Assembly (NCBI GenBank): GCA_043228905.1
Contig: JBHGNT010000020.1
Span: forward strand, 14,384,001-14,448,000
Direction: 5' to 3'
Source: Azolla caroliniana
Taxonomy: Eukaryota > Plantae > Polypodiophyta
Length of the DNA stretch: 64,000 nt
The stretch's first letter is position 1, and every line of letters begins with the position of its first letter. Positions 41,734-54,229 of this stretch are shown here, one piece after another. Made by a program: the position numbers and the translations under genes. The notes under the pieces are model-generated. The model was not told the DNA's origin. It made no database searches and saw only the letters and a program-made list of their open reading frames with translations.

Positions 41734-44700
41734 TCAATGACGATCCGCGTAGACCTTGTGTGTTTGTTGAGCTTGCTGGAGATGAGTAGATAAATCCGCT
41801 TGTATCTTGCGTAACCGCTCCAAACGATCCTCCGCGCACGGATTTGTGGACACCTTTGGGGTTTCAAGGACACTCCACCGGGGGTGACATCCCGTATAAG
41901 CATAAAATGGCATAACTTTAGTGGATGCGTGGATAGAGTTGTTATAGGCAAATTCGGCGAAGTGGAGAATATCTGCCCAGTCGTCCTGATGATAATTGAG
42001 AAAGCACCGCAGATACTTCTCCAGCGTTTGATTTGTTCGTTCAGCTTGGCCGTCGGTTTGTGGGTGGTAGCCCGAGGAGAGGTTACAAGAGACCTTGAGC
42101 ATGTTAAAAAGGTGCTTCCAGAATTTTGACACAAACTGGGGTCCACGGTCGTTGATGATACTATCGGGAAGTCCATGATGCCGACATACTTCACACATGA
42201 CAATTTTGGCAGTGTCTTCACTGGAGATCTCCTTAGTACATGGCAAGAAATGAGCCATCTTCGTGTATCGATTGACCACCGTTAGAATCGCATTGAACCC
42301 CTTAGAGACTGGAAGATCTGTGATGAAGTCTAGAGCAATGGATTGCCACGGCTTCCTTGGAATTGGTAATGGTTCTAATAAACCATATGGATGATGCCTT
42401 GGCATTTTCGCTCTGCAACATGTATCACAAGTCCGAACAAAATCCTCGACAAATTGTCGCATACAGGGCCACCAGAATGATCGTTGTACTAAATGTAATG
42501 TTTTAGTACTACCAAAATGCCCAGCTGTATATGTGTCATGGCAGTTTTGAACTACTCGAAGGCGGCAAGAACCATTAGGAACATACAAAAGTTCTTTAAA
42601 GAAGAGTAATCCATCATGGTATTTGAATTGCCGATAGTCCGTACCTAGTGGCTGTGACTGTGAACACGACGCTTGAGAGGGATCAATTTGTGCTAGTACA
42701 GTTTGGGCGAACGCATCTGTCTTCAAGTCTTCACATATGGTATCGATAACGTGGGAATCCATGGGCATGTCAAAGATCTGTGTTGCTTGTAGTCGTGCCG
42801 GTCCCAAGATGACTTGTTTTTGGTTATCGAAAGTTGGCTCGCCGAGATGGGGTGCTACATATGAACGTCGTGATAATGCATCTGCCTTCCCTTGGTGCTT
42901 CCCCAGACGATATGTAATTTTGAAGTCGAAACGCGTGAGGAAGTGGGCCCACCGAGCTTGACGTCGATTCAACACACGAGCATCCTGAAAGTAGGCAAGA
43001 TTCTTGTGATCACTAAATACGGTGACTGGATGAGAGGATCCCTCCAGAAAATGCCTCCATTGCATAAAAGAATCCACTATTGCCAATAGCTCCTTATCAT
43101 GAATTTCGTAGTTAATTTTGGCGGCGTCAAACTTTCGTGAGTGAAAAGCCACAAGATGTAGCTTCTCATCATTCCCCTGTTGTGATAGAATGCTCCCCAA
43201 TGCAAAATCCAATGCGTCAGCTTCGATAATGAATGCTTTTTCCGGATCAACATGAGCTAGAATTGGAGCTGATGTAAATGCCTTTTTAAGACTCTCGAAA
43301 GCCATGTCCGTTTCTTCAGACCAGATGAACGGTTGTCCCTTCCTGGTAAGTTGTGTGAGAGGTAGAACGATCTTTGAGTAATCTTGTATGAACTTTCGGT
43401 AAAAATTGGCAAAGCCTAGGAAGCATTGCACATCCCGCACCGAACACGGAGTCTGCCATTCTACCACCGTTTTGACCTTAGCTGGGTCCATGGAGATGCC
43501 TTCTGACGAAATGATGTAGCCGAGAAATTCCACTTGGTTGCACCCGAAACTACATTTTTCCAGCTTTGCATATAGACCATGTTCTCGAAGTCGTTTTAGT
43601 ACTAATAGTACATGAGAATCATGTTTTTCTTGGGTCTTTGAATAAACCAGTAGATCATCCAAATAGATGATCAAACAATCATCCAATAGATCTCGGAATA
43701 TATCATTAGCCATGTGCTGGAAGACTACCGGCGCATTAGTGAGGCCGAACGGCATGACCGTATACTCGAAGTGCCCATATCTGGTGCAAAACGCGGTCTT
43801 CCATTCGTCTCCTGGTCGGATCCGTACGAGGTTATATGCTCCCCGTAAGCCGATCTTCGTGAAGAACCTGGTACCATTGATCCGTTCTAAAAGACTTGAG
43901 ATAAGGGGAAGAGCATACCTATTCTTGATTGTAACCTTATTCAAGCCATGGTAATCTACAACGAGACGAAGCGATCCATCTTTTTTCTTGACGAAGAAAA
44001 TGGGCGCGCCGGCTGGAGATTTCGAATGTCGAATGAAACCATTTTCCAAATTCTCCTCGATATAGGCCCGAAGGACTTCCAGCTCGGTTGGTGACAAATT
44101 GTAGATCGGTCCCCATGGCGGCTCTTTTCCTGGTTGTAAATCGATGGGGCAATCGTACGGTCCATGATGAGGAAGTGTGTTGTCTTGTACTTTATCGAAC
44201 ACATCGACGTAATGACGATACTTCTTGGGAAATTGAACGGTGGATTCTTCTTTAGTGGTGCTGGAGGGGTTTACTGATATTGCAAAGAGGAACATTTCCT
44301 CCTCGCGCCCTTCATTATGCAGCTGACGTAGCGAAATGGTTGCCTTCTTCTGAGTTGTCCCTTGGGTTTGTCGACGCCGGATTTCTCTTGTTCTCCAATC
44401 TATGTCTGGGTTATGTAACTCGAACCACGGTAATCCTAAAACTATAGGATGTTCTGGGATACTAATAATATTAAATGATACTACACATGCTAAGTTATCT
44501 AGGACAATATTAATGGGCTCTGACTCTTCTCTGATATTTTCGGAAGCAATGGGACGTCCATCAATGACTACTACAGAGGCTGGACACTGGAGTTTTCTTA
44601 GGGATATCTTATGAGCTTGAGCAAATTTCTTATCCATAAAGCAAGAGTTAGCTCCGGAATCTAGGAGTGCTAGGACATGTACTGGAGGGGTACTTTTAGT

Positions 44701-44790
44701 ACTAACTATTACTTGGGCTATGAACACATCACTAACTTGCTTAGAGGGAATGGAATCACTAATGGGCTGCACAGATCTAGGGATGTCCAA
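41734..44790 (-). CDS. pol: Pol (PR-RT-RNaseH-INT), probably non-functional
   Basis: LLDSGA, YLDD, NYEIHDKELLA, HHCC and D-D-E integrase. The first RT catalytic Asp reads G (KIGLRGAY), a premature TGA at 41734 precedes the GPY/F region, and the chromodomain core is missing. Confidence 0.93.
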   Translation of the reverse strand: MDIPRSVQPISDSIPSKQVSDVFIAQVIVSTKSTPPVHVLALLDSGANSCFMDKKFAQAHKISLRKLQCPASVVVIDGRPIASENIREESEPINIVLDNLACVVSFNIISIPEHPIVLGLPWFELHNPDIDWRTREIRRRQTQGTTQKKATISLRQLHNEGREEEMFLFAISVNPSSTTKEESTVQFPKKYRHYVDVFDKVQDNTLPHHGPYDCPIDLQPGKEPPWGPIYNLSPTELEVLRAYIEENLENGFIRHSKSPAGAPIFFVKKKDGSLRLVVDYHGLNKVTIKNRYALPLISSLLERINGTRFFTKIGLRGAYNLVRIRPGDEWKTAFCTRYGHFEYTVMPFGLTNAPVVFQHMANDIFRDLLDDCLIIYLDDLLVYSKTQEKHDSHVLLVLKRLREHGLYAKLEKCSFGCNQVEFLGYIISSEGISMDPAKVKTVVEWQTPCSVRDVQCFLGFANFYRKFIQDYSKIVLPLTQLTRKGQPFIWSEETDMAFESLKKAFTSAPILAHVDPEKAFIIEADALDFALGSILSQQGNDEKLHLVAFHSRKFDAAKINYEIHDKELLAIVDSFMQWRHFLEGSSHPVTVFSDHKNLAYFQDARVLNRRQARWAHFLTRFDFKITYRLGKHQGKADALSRRSYVAPHLGEPTFDNQKQVILGPARLQATQIFDMPMDSHVIDTICEDLKTDAFAQTVLAQIDPSQASCSQSQPLGTDYRQFKYHDGLLFFKELLYVPNGSCRLRVVQNCHDTYTAGHFGSTKTLHLVQRSFWWPCMRQFVEDFVRTCDTCCRAKMPRHHPYGLLEPLPIPRKPWQSIALDFITDLPVSKGFNAILTVVNRYTKMAHFLPCTKEISSEDTAKIVMCEVCRHHGLPDSIINDRGPQFVSKFWKHLFNMLKVSCNLSSGYHPQTDGQAERTNQTLEKYLRCFLNYHQDDWADILHFAEFAYNNSIHASTKVMPFYAYTGCHPRWSVLETPKVSTNPCAEDRLERLRKIQADLSTHLQQAQQTHKVYADRH

Positions 44791-44816
44791 CCAAACGGCT
44801 CCTATTTTGGTTGGAC

Positions 44817-45926
44817 TTAGTCATTTAACTCTTCTTCTAACTGACTAAGGACATCAAATTTGTTCGCTAGATCTGGGCTATTAGTACTATTAGGACTATC
44901 AGATATCCCTACTGAAATAGGCTCAGGTTTAGTACAATTAGTACAATTTATTGCGATATGTCCTGGTCCACCGCAGTAAAGACATAGTCGATTTGTACGG
45001 CGTCGCTGCTTTTCTTCTTCGGATAATGGCCCTGAACGACGTGTAGTGTCAATCTCCATTGGAGTCGGAGTACTCGCTGGAGGCGCATTATATGACTCCC
45101 TCGGAAAAGGTCTTGCTACCACTGAGGCGTAGGTGGGCTTTGATCTTGGCCTCGACATCTGTAACTGTCTTTCCGAACGTCGCTCAAAGAGGCGGTTGTC
45201 ACATCTCACCGCGCGACTGATTGCTTCTGTTAAGGACTTTGGCTCTTCGGGGAAGGTCAAGAGTAAATCCTTGACGTCGTTGCGTAAACCATAACGGAAT
45301 TGCTCCATCAACACTTGATCATCCCAAGGGATATCAGCGGCGAGTAGGCGAAAATCTGCAGCGTATGCGGAGGCTGGACGGTCACCTTGGCGTAATCGCC
45401 GAATTTTGTTGATTGCAGTCCTAATGCTGTCAGTATCTCCGAAACATGCTTTAAACTCACCTAGAAACTCTTCAAAATTGTTGAGTAACGGAGATTCCGC
45501 TTCTAATAGTGGAGCAAACCATGACAACGTTGAGCCACTTAACAAAGTGCCTACTAAACCCACTCGTGATGCATCGGTGGGATATCGGGAAGGATGCATT
45601 TGGATAACTAATCGTACCTGGTTAAGGAACTCTCTAAACTGCGATCGCGTTCCATCGAACTTCGTGGGAAGGCCAATCTTGGGTTCTTTATGAATCCCTT
45701 GTGTTCTGGGCCCTTGTTGTTGCATCGCTACGATGGTTGCTTCGAGTTGTTGCATGCGTAACGCAAGTTCCCCATGATGTTGTTGCGTTTGCTGCTTTTC
45801 TAAGGAGATTTGCTGAAGATCCCCCAACAACTGTTGGTTTTCTTGTTCCAAAGCATGGAACTTCTCTTTCAAGCATTGAAATTCCGAGAAAACAGATTGA
45901 TATTCTTCAGCACTAACAGTGGCCAT
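44817..45926 (-). CDS. gag: Gag (Ty3-type capsid, CCHC knuckle)
   Basis: PTKFDGTR..FLNQ, PTPMEID, CLYCGGPGHIAINC. Confidence 0.93.
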   Translation of the reverse strand: MATVSAEEYQSVFSEFQCLKEKFHALEQENQQLLGDLQQISLEKQQTQQHHGELALRMQQLEATIVAMQQQGPRTQGIHKEPKIGLPTKFDGTRSQFREFLNQVRLVIQMHPSRYPTDASRVGLVGTLLSGSTLSWFAPLLEAESPLLNNFEEFLGEFKACFGDTDSIRTAINKIRRLRQGDRPASAYAADFRLLAADIPWDDQVLMEQFRYGLRNDVKDLLLTFPEEPKSLTEAISRAVRCDNRLFERRSERQLQMSRPRSKPTYASVVARPFPRESYNAPPASTPTPMEIDTTRRSGPLSEEEKQRRRTNRLCLYCGGPGHIAINCTNCTKPEPISVGISDSPNSTNSPDLANKFDVLSQLEEELND

Positions 45927-47382
45927 GGGATGAAAGAAAAGAGGAATAAGAGATTAGTAGGAAATGAGAGAGATAGAAGGTAGGAAAATTGGTTCAAACT
46001 GTCAGGAACAGTACTGAGACAGAGAAGGAATTAGTACTAAACGAAGGATTAGTACTATGAGAGGTGTAGAACTTCTTCGAGAGAAGGAAGGAGTGAGCGA
46101 GACGGAGAGAAAGAGAGAGATCGAGAGAGAGAGAGTGTGATGATAAGAAAGATATGTATTATATGAAGAGAATATACAATGGTGGCTAAAAGGCTTAAGA
46201 CTGGCGTTCAACCAATTTGGTTCAACATAATGCCTAGTGCCCTCTTTTATAGTGTTTTCAAGAGTAATCCTGAAGCTTCTAGAATGTTCTAGAGAAATCT
46301 GGAATATACACTAATTTCCTATAATAAAATGTAAATGAAAATAATATCCTATGTATTACAATAGATGGTCTAATGGTCAAGAGCTCGACCCATATAACCT
46401 AAGGTCATGGGTTCGAGTCTTGCCATATCATGACAGATATGGCTACGGGAAACCTATCATCCAGGGTTTCATAGATCCTGATATGTCGTGTGATCTAGAT
46501 TCCAACTAATCCAGATTACGATATGTGATGACTTATGTAAGGGGAGCCGTGTCATGGCAATCACGATTGCAAAAGATTGTGGCTTTGTCGACCACAAAGG
46601 CTAAGTGTAAAGATGCAATGGAGGCAGGTAAGGAATTGGTTTGGATGAGAGATTTCTTAAGTGAACTAGGAATGAAACAAGAAAAATTTCCTACTTCATT
46701 GTGGTAATCAGAGTATTATCCATCTCGCTAAGAATGTTGCGTATCACTCTTGTACTAAGCACATTCAAAGAAGGTATCATTCATTGGGAGAGAGAAGTGG
46801 ATGAAAATGAGTTTTTCTAAGCCAAGATCCATACTAACAACAATGGTTTAGACATGCTTACTAAAATTTTATCTATGGAAAAACTCATTGCGTGCTGGCG
46901 AAGGACTGGTTTCGTTCACTCTTCCCCCTCAAGAGTGAAGGGGGATTTTGTTATGTAAGATTGTTCATAAGTTTGTTGGGAGAGAGAGAGTGGATGAAAA
47001 TGAGTTTTTCTTAGGGAAGATCCATACTGACAAAAATGGATTAGACATGCTTACTAAAATTTTATCTATGGAAAAACTTGTTGCGTGTTGGCGAAGGACT
47101 GGTTTCGTTGACTCTTCCCCCACAGGAGTGAAGGGGAATTTTGTTATGTAAGATTGTCCCTCCTTATCGAGGACTCGGCCGAGAAGCCGAAATGAGACTC
47201 GGCTAGCCGAAATCGATCGAAAAACCAAAACATATCTCAACCCAATGGATGAATATATATATATGAGTTATGTTACTATATATAAATATAGCGTTATTAC
47301 CTACGTGTGTATGTGGGATAACTTACGAAGAGTATAACAGTCAGTGAAGTGTGAGAGTAAAGTTGAAGTGAGCGCGTGCACG

Positions 47383-47433
<51 letters not shown>

Positions 47434-47848
47434 AATGTGGGCAGTGTGAGTGACATACCTCTACAACTGAGTGTGACAGCAAGCAAAGAAAAAAGAGTGA
47501 AACAGAGAACAGAGAGATAGAGAGAAAGAATAGAGAAGCTCTGAAAGCTTCGAAAGAGAAAGATACCAATGAGTTAGGGTTTGCTACACTCGGTTGAACC
47601 TGTGGTTTTAGATAACAACCTGGGAGTACATTTATACCTAATCAGGTTCTATCATTCCATGCTTCTATTTTTCTTGTCTCATAGTGGAAATCTTTGTTGA
47701 CCATTGTTTTTCCTCGACATCAGGGTTTTACACGTAAATCGTGTGTTACATGCTTTATTCTATTTGTCTCTTAGTATATTTGTGGCTTACTTCTCAGTGT
47801 AAAATCTATCATAGAATGCAAACTTCTGGCAAAGACGTTTGCAAATGT

Positions 47849-50800
47849 GGATAAAAGCTGAAAGAATTAGGATCCGAGACAACATAGACAAAATAAAGAA
47901 AACACAAACTCAGACCAATGACACAAGATTTATGTAGAAACCCTAAACCAAGGGAAAAATCATTGGCACCCTTTGGCCATGAAAACATCACTATGATATG
48001 GGAGAGTGTACAAGTTGTTATTATACTCCCTAGATTACTCGGAGAACATTGATATTCTAATAGAACCACAACCTTGTGAGTGGCTTTGTATCAGTAGAAA
48101 AACATCATAGAAATGGTAAGAAGAACAAAGAATGATTGCACTTGGCTTGGGGGACTTTCAGCACAAGCTAAGTGGTGCTACAACACTTTCAAATCATCGT
48201 GTGAAACTACTACTAGGGTTGTATGAAAGCCCACCAAGTACTTCTCTCTCTTTTTTGTCTGCACTTCTTCTCCTCTCTTTTATTCTCAGTCCCCCTCTCT
48301 ATCACGTACACTTTATCTCTCACGTTTTTTGCACTTCTCAAAGCATTCCTCATATTAATATTTTCCCCCTAACTTATTTTCTATATATATGTAGATTTCT
48401 TGGTCTCTTGGCTGATTCCGATCACCGAACCCATTTTCGACCTCTCGGCTGATTTTGATTGGGCGACCCATTTTCGGCCTTTGTGCCAAATTTGACCCAT
48501 CAGCCCAATTTTGACCCCAATTTTGACCCATCAACCCATTTCTGACCTCGAATTTGACCCATCTAGCCAACCAACCAACCTATTTTTAGCTTCTCGATGG
48601 AACTCGACTAGTCTTCCCATTTTCAGCCTCCTAACCGATTCCAACCAATCGGCCCCCATTCGACCTCCGAGTCGATTCTAACCAACAGGCCCACATTCGG
48701 CCTCTTGACTAATTCTGTCTAGCATGTCATCTTCCCTGATCAGGAGGGACACACATACACAACAAAATGCCCCTTCTATGTGTGTGTGTCTTCCTTGTAT
48801 GGGGGGAGTTAACCAAACCAGTCCTTAGTTGGCAAACCATGAGTTTTCCTATAGACAAAGTCTTTGTAAGCATGTCTCATCCATTTTTATTGGCATGGAT
48901 CCTCACTAGAGCAAACTCATTTTCATCCACTCTCTCTTGTAACCAGTGATACCTTCTCTAAAAGTTCTTTGTACGAGAGTAATAGGCAAAAATTTTGGCA
49001 AGGTGGATGACACTCTAATTATCGCAATGAAGTAGGAATTTTTCTTGCTTCATTCCTAATTAACTTAGAAAATCTCTTATCCAAACCGATTCCTTACCTG
49101 CGTCCATTGCATCTATACACTCAGCCTTTGTGGTCAAGAAAGCCACAACCTTTTGCAATCATGATTGCCATGACAACATAAGTCGTCACATATCCTAATC
49201 TGGATTAGCTAGAATCTACATCACACGACATATCGGGATCTATGAAACCCTCGATGATGGGTTTCCCATACCCATATCTAAGGCATACACTCGAAGTATC
49301 CATTTTACGGCTCCTCAATGCTCCTTTCTATCACTGTGTCATGACATTTTCCACGATTACACAGTTGACTATTCCAACAGCAAACGCAATATCTGGCCTA
49401 GTGCGGACCATAGCATAGATTGGGCTCCCAATAGCCCAATTTTTCCTTTGAGGTATCTGAGTATCCATTTTACTGCTCCCCAATGCTCCTTTCTATTACC
49501 GTGTCATGACATTTTCCAAGATTACACAACTGACTATTCCAACAGCAAATGCAATGTCCGGCCTAGTGCAAACCATAGCATACATTAGGCTCCCAACAAC
49601 CCAATGTTTCCTTTGAGGTATTTGAGTATCCATTTTACGGCTCCCCAATGCTTCTTTCTATCACTATGTCATGACATTTTCCAAGATTACACAACTAACT
49701 ATTCCAATAGCAAATGCAATGTCCGGCCTACTGCATACATTGGGCTCCCAACAGCTGAGGCATACGACACCCTTCTCATCTCACCCTTATCTTTCTCATT
49801 TTTTGGACATTGACTAGTATTTAGCTTACAATTCATCAACAGTGCAGGTAATAGGTTTTGCATTATGGATATTGAGTCTTTGCAAAACATTTGCCACATA
49901 TTTCTCTTGTAACAACCATAGTATATTTTTAGTCATATCCTAGACTATATGCATTCCCAAAATCTGTTTTGTCAGACCTAAGTCCTTTATGGCAAAGGAT
50001 TTTCTTAGAGCTTTCTTCAACCTCACAATCTTCTTTGAATTATGTCCAACAACCAACATGTCATCTACATATAACAAGAGAATCAGAAAGCCCCCTTCAT
50101 CATACCTTTTCACAAATACACAATGGTTGGTTTATGTTTTATGGAATCTGTGTTCTAGCATGAAGGATTCAAAACTCTTATACCATTGTCGAGGATCTTG
50201 CATTAAATCATACAAGCTCTTCCTCAATCTACATAGAAAATTTCCTTTCCCTTTCACTTCAAAGCCCTCCGACTGTTGAATATAGATTTCCTATTCTAAC
50301 TCACAATGTAGAAATGTTATTTTTACATTGAATTATTCAATCTCCAGATTCATATTCGCAGCTATTCTCAAAATAGTGTACATGGATGTCATCTTCATGA
50401 ATGGAGCCAATATTTCATAAAAATTGACACTCTTTCTCTACTAAAAACCCTTCATCACAATGCGGGCCTTATACCTAGGTGTATTACTGTCTTCTCTACT
50501 TTTCAACCTGTGAACCCATCCGTTTCTAAGTGCCTTCTTTCTCTCAAGTAGTTCCATCAACTCATAGGTGTGGCTCTCATGCAAGGAATCCATCTTGTCT
50601 TGCATTGCACAATACTACTTCTCTTTGTGCACATCTGTCATGGCTTCTTCATAGCATTCTTGCTCACTGTCACCAATTGACTGGCTAGATACCAAGAGGA
50701 AGCCTACCTTTGTGTGAGTGGTTATCTTCTTCCTTTAGCAAATGGCTTAGATTCTGTTTCTTCTGCCAGCTTATCTTCTGACTAAGATTCATATGCATAA

Positions 50801-51301
50801 GCATGTTGTTGTATCTTGGCCGACTCAAATTTGGTTGCATCGGTCACAACTATTGTATGTAGGTTGGTTGTGTGGGAGAGAGATCGGCTTGTGCCGACCT
50901 CGTACAATAACAAATAGGGAAGATGATACCGGTTTCTATTGTCTCTAGTCTTCAATCATCTTGTCTTCCGTGAATACGATATCATGGCTCCTCACCACTT
51001 TCTTGTCAAGGAGATCCCACATCTTGTGGCCAAACTCATCATTTGAGTACCCCAAGAATATGCATGCCTTGAACTTGCTATCTAGCGTTTACCTTTGATC
51101 TTTTACAACATGCATATATGCAAGGCATCTGAACACCCTCAAGTGCTGGCAAGAAACTTTTCTTCCTGTCCACACCCTTTGCAGGACATCACCATTAGGG
51201 GCATTGACAGATACTTGTTTATAAGATAGACAAACGTCAACATTGCCTCAGCCCAATATGATTTTGACAATTTTTCATGTGATTACATGTTTCTTACCCA
51301 T
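47849..51301 (-). mobile_element. Copia 3' half (INT end-RT-RH-3' LTR), truncated
   Basis: 3' LTR ~47849-48764, PPT ~48768-48777, YASAVGSPMYA, LLLYVDDMLVVG. Cut at 51301 by another LTR. Confidence 0.88.
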
Positions 51302-52230
51302 TGTCGTGAAGGATTTCGGCCACTAAGAGAAAACGGAGTCAGACGCGTATGAGCAGGAATCTCGGCAAGAGGAGGACCGGACGGTTGAGTTTGTGAATGG
51401 AGGTTTGCAAGGATGGACATGAACGAGGCCTTATATGTATATAAACCCTGTAAGTTTTATAGGACTAATAAGTACTAGGTAGGAGTGTGGTCATGTATAC
51501 TTTATGACCACACGTATAGAGGAGATAATAGTGCATAAATAGTGATAGATGGGAGGGGATTGAGAAGAGAATTTGATAGAAAAAGCAGTTGTCTTAACAA
51601 CTTGATGTAACGACCTCTCTCTCCTTGAACTATAAAGGGACAGAGAGAAGACTAAGAACGGATCCATTGTTTTGGAGAATGAAGTGTTGTCAATTTGAGA
51701 TCAAGCGCTCAGTTGTTCCGTATGTTTTTCTCTCTATATTAATTCAAGAAGAAGATCAAGCCTCTGCTCACATAGGAAGCCCACATGCTCCCAACCAAAG
51801 GCTCATCGTTCTCTTTGTGTACAGAGCTCAAAGCTTTGTTGCCGGCTAAGTCCGGTTGTTCTTTCATTGTTCCTAGTTAATCGATCATTGTTGCTATACG
51901 GATCTCCTCCATTCCTTGAGTGGGTCCCTGTTTGTTTGCGCTCAAAGCTTTGTCCCCTCCACTTGATTACTTAGCCGGGGTCTCTAAGCTCATGCGTTCA
52001 TCGTCTGGTATCCGGGAAAAGGATAGTACAAGTCACGTGTCCGAGCCGTGGGTTCCTCCTCTGGCGTTCAGAGACTGATAGTGTCGGGATACTCGACTGT
52101 GTAGCACTCCGGTGAAGTCATCCAAAAGTGATCCAGATAGGCATACCTTCTCGCTTCTTCCCGGCTCCTTAGTCCAAGACCCCAATGGTTCCGTCTCGGA
52201 TCCTACACATACATGCAAACTTCCACGACA
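51302..52230 (+). mobile_element. LTR (929 bp) of another retrotransposon family
   Basis: Perfect terminal inverted repeat TGTCGTG...CACGACA, TATAAAGGG at ~51631, followed by TCTT-TGGTGG (possible PBS start). No TSD, so probably a truncated 5' end. Confidence 0.7.
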
Positions 52231-52724
52231 TCTTTGGTGGACTAAGTTAAAGCATGCTATGGTGTACCAAAAAAGTATTGTTTTTGGCCAAAAAAACATG
52301 TATACTTTCTATCCTGTTAGTACTCAAAATTAAGAAAAAATAATAATTTTAGCAAAAATAAAATTCAAGAGTCACATGGGAGTAGTACAAAGTGCAATAA
52401 TAACAGAAAATGGGGGGAAAGTGATATGAGAGGATTTTACCTTTTTTGGGGGGGATATTTCCCCCTTGACATTAATGTTTCCCACTTTTTCAATTTTTAC
52501 CTTTTTCAAAATCTCACCATTTTCATCTTTGATGCTTTTTCTTCTCATCGTTCTTCGAACCAAACCTTTTCCTTACTCAGATCTAAACCCTATTTTTGAA
52601 TCATTCTCCTATCTTAGATTTGAACCTTATGCATGAATCGTTGTCTTAACTCAGATTTCATGCTTCATCTTTCAATAGTTCTCATAACAACATGGTTAAA
52701 GCTTCTTCCATTAATCATTATTCT

Positions 52725-53025
52725 AACTCACATTTGGAGCTTCTTTCAACACGAATCTTTTGCACTCAGATTTGAAGCTTCTTCCAACATGAATCTTCTG
52801 CACTCAGATTTGAAGCTTCTTCCAACATGAATCTTCTGCACTCAGATTTGAAGCTTCTTCCAACATGAATCTTTTGCACTAAGATTTGAAGCTTCTTCCA
52901 ACACGAATCTTCTGCACTCAGATTGGAAGTTTCTTCCAACATGAATCTTTTGCACTCAGATTTGAAGCTTCTTCCAACACGAATCTTCTGCACTCAAATT
53001 TGAAGCTTTGGCTAACATGAATCCT
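52725..53025. repeat. 38-bp tandem repeat, ~8 copies
   Basis: Unit CACTCAGATTTGAAGCTTCTTCCAACATGAATCTTCTG at 52801, 52839, 52877 and onward. Confidence 0.95.
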
Positions 53026-54229
53026 CCTATCTCTCATTTGAAGATTTTTTGATGAACCATGTGCGATTCATTGATTGGGAAACTTCTTTGTTCATATTTC
53101 TTCTCATATTCTCATGTAGATTTCTTTCATGTTCTTCTTTCTTCTCATATTCTCATTTCCAACATGAGTCTTTCTATCTTCTATTTGAAGTTTCTCCCAT
53201 GAATTGTAAATGGTTCATAGATAGAGGAGATTTTCCTTATGTTTATCTATCTTCTCATCTTCTCATGTTCATCTTTTTTTCATGTAGATTTTTTTTATGT
53301 TCATCTTTGTAATGTAAATCTTTTTCATGTTCATCTTTCTTCTCTATTCTCATGTAGATATTTTTCATGTTCATCTTTCTTTTCTTATTATCATGTTCAT
53401 CTTTCTCTTGTAGGTTTTTTCATGTTCTTCTTTCTTCTCTTATTCTCATGTCCAATATAAGTATTCCAATCTTCGATTTTAAGCTTCGTCTATAAATCAT
53501 AAGCGGTTCATACATAGAGAAGCTTCTTTCCCATTTTCATCTTATTTTTCATATTCTCGTATTCATGTTTCTCTTGTAGATTATTTTCTTGCTAATCTTT
53601 CTTCTTGTATTTTTGTGTTCATCTTTCTCATGTATATTATTTTCATGCTCATCATTTCTCTCATATTGTCATGTTCATCTTTGTCATGTAGATTTTTTGC
53701 ATGTTCACCATTCTTCATGTATTTCATTATTTTAATATATAAAACCATGGTTTTCTTGTAAATAAATTTTTATGTGATTCCTTCTCATATTCAAATTTTT
53801 TATGTTGCGTGTTTATCTTTCTTCCTCTATTTCTTGCTTTTCATATTTGAAATCGTGTTATCATTGGTTATGAAATTACTAATACAAGTCTTGTTAATTT
53901 ATTATGCTTGCAGGTCCCATTTGATAATATTAGTACACAACTAATTGTAACCTTGATGGCTTTAATTAGTTTCCTTGGTATTCTTTTTTAAGTAATACAT
54001 ATAATTGAAAATGGTAGTCATCAATTAGATTGACATGTCTTGTTTAGCAATAAATAGTATATAGTATGTGTAATGCTCAAAAAATGATCTATTAATCAAT
54101 CTTTCATTTCTTACAAAATGATCTATTAATGCTCAAAAAATGATCGATTCTTGTTTACCAATAAATAGTACATAGTATATGTAATGCTTAAAAAATGATC
54201 TATTAATCACTCTTTCATTTCTTTTAAGA

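Larger units (their letters stand above)
40943..46435 (-). mobile_element. Ty3/Gypsy chromovirus (Tf1/Tcn1-like), full length, nested in the Copia RT-RH region
   Basis: LTRs 40943-41403 and 46000-46435 (TGTCA...TGACA), highly similar apart from the (GA)n length. TSD GATAT, PPT AAAGGGGGGATAA next to 41403, gag plus pol ORFs, no tRNA-type PBS. Confidence 0.97.
35934..47811 (+). mobile_element. Ty1/Copia LTR retrotransposon (degenerate) with split 5' LTR and nested gypsy
   Basis: TSD TAGAA at 35929-35933 and 47812-47816. 5' LTR is 35934-~36210 plus ~37371-37760, PBS TGGTATCAAAGC (tRNA-iMet) at 37763, gag CFYCGKP, WVVDSGAS, INT, RT YVDD, RNaseH, PPT, and 3' LTR 47142-47811. Confidence 0.95.

Noticed and set aside
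41487-42221. 244-aa overlapping ORF in integrase
   Set aside because: Alternative frame of pol with no recognisable motifs.
52766-52993. Repetitive 75-aa ORF
   Set aside because: Translation of the 38-bp tandem repeat.
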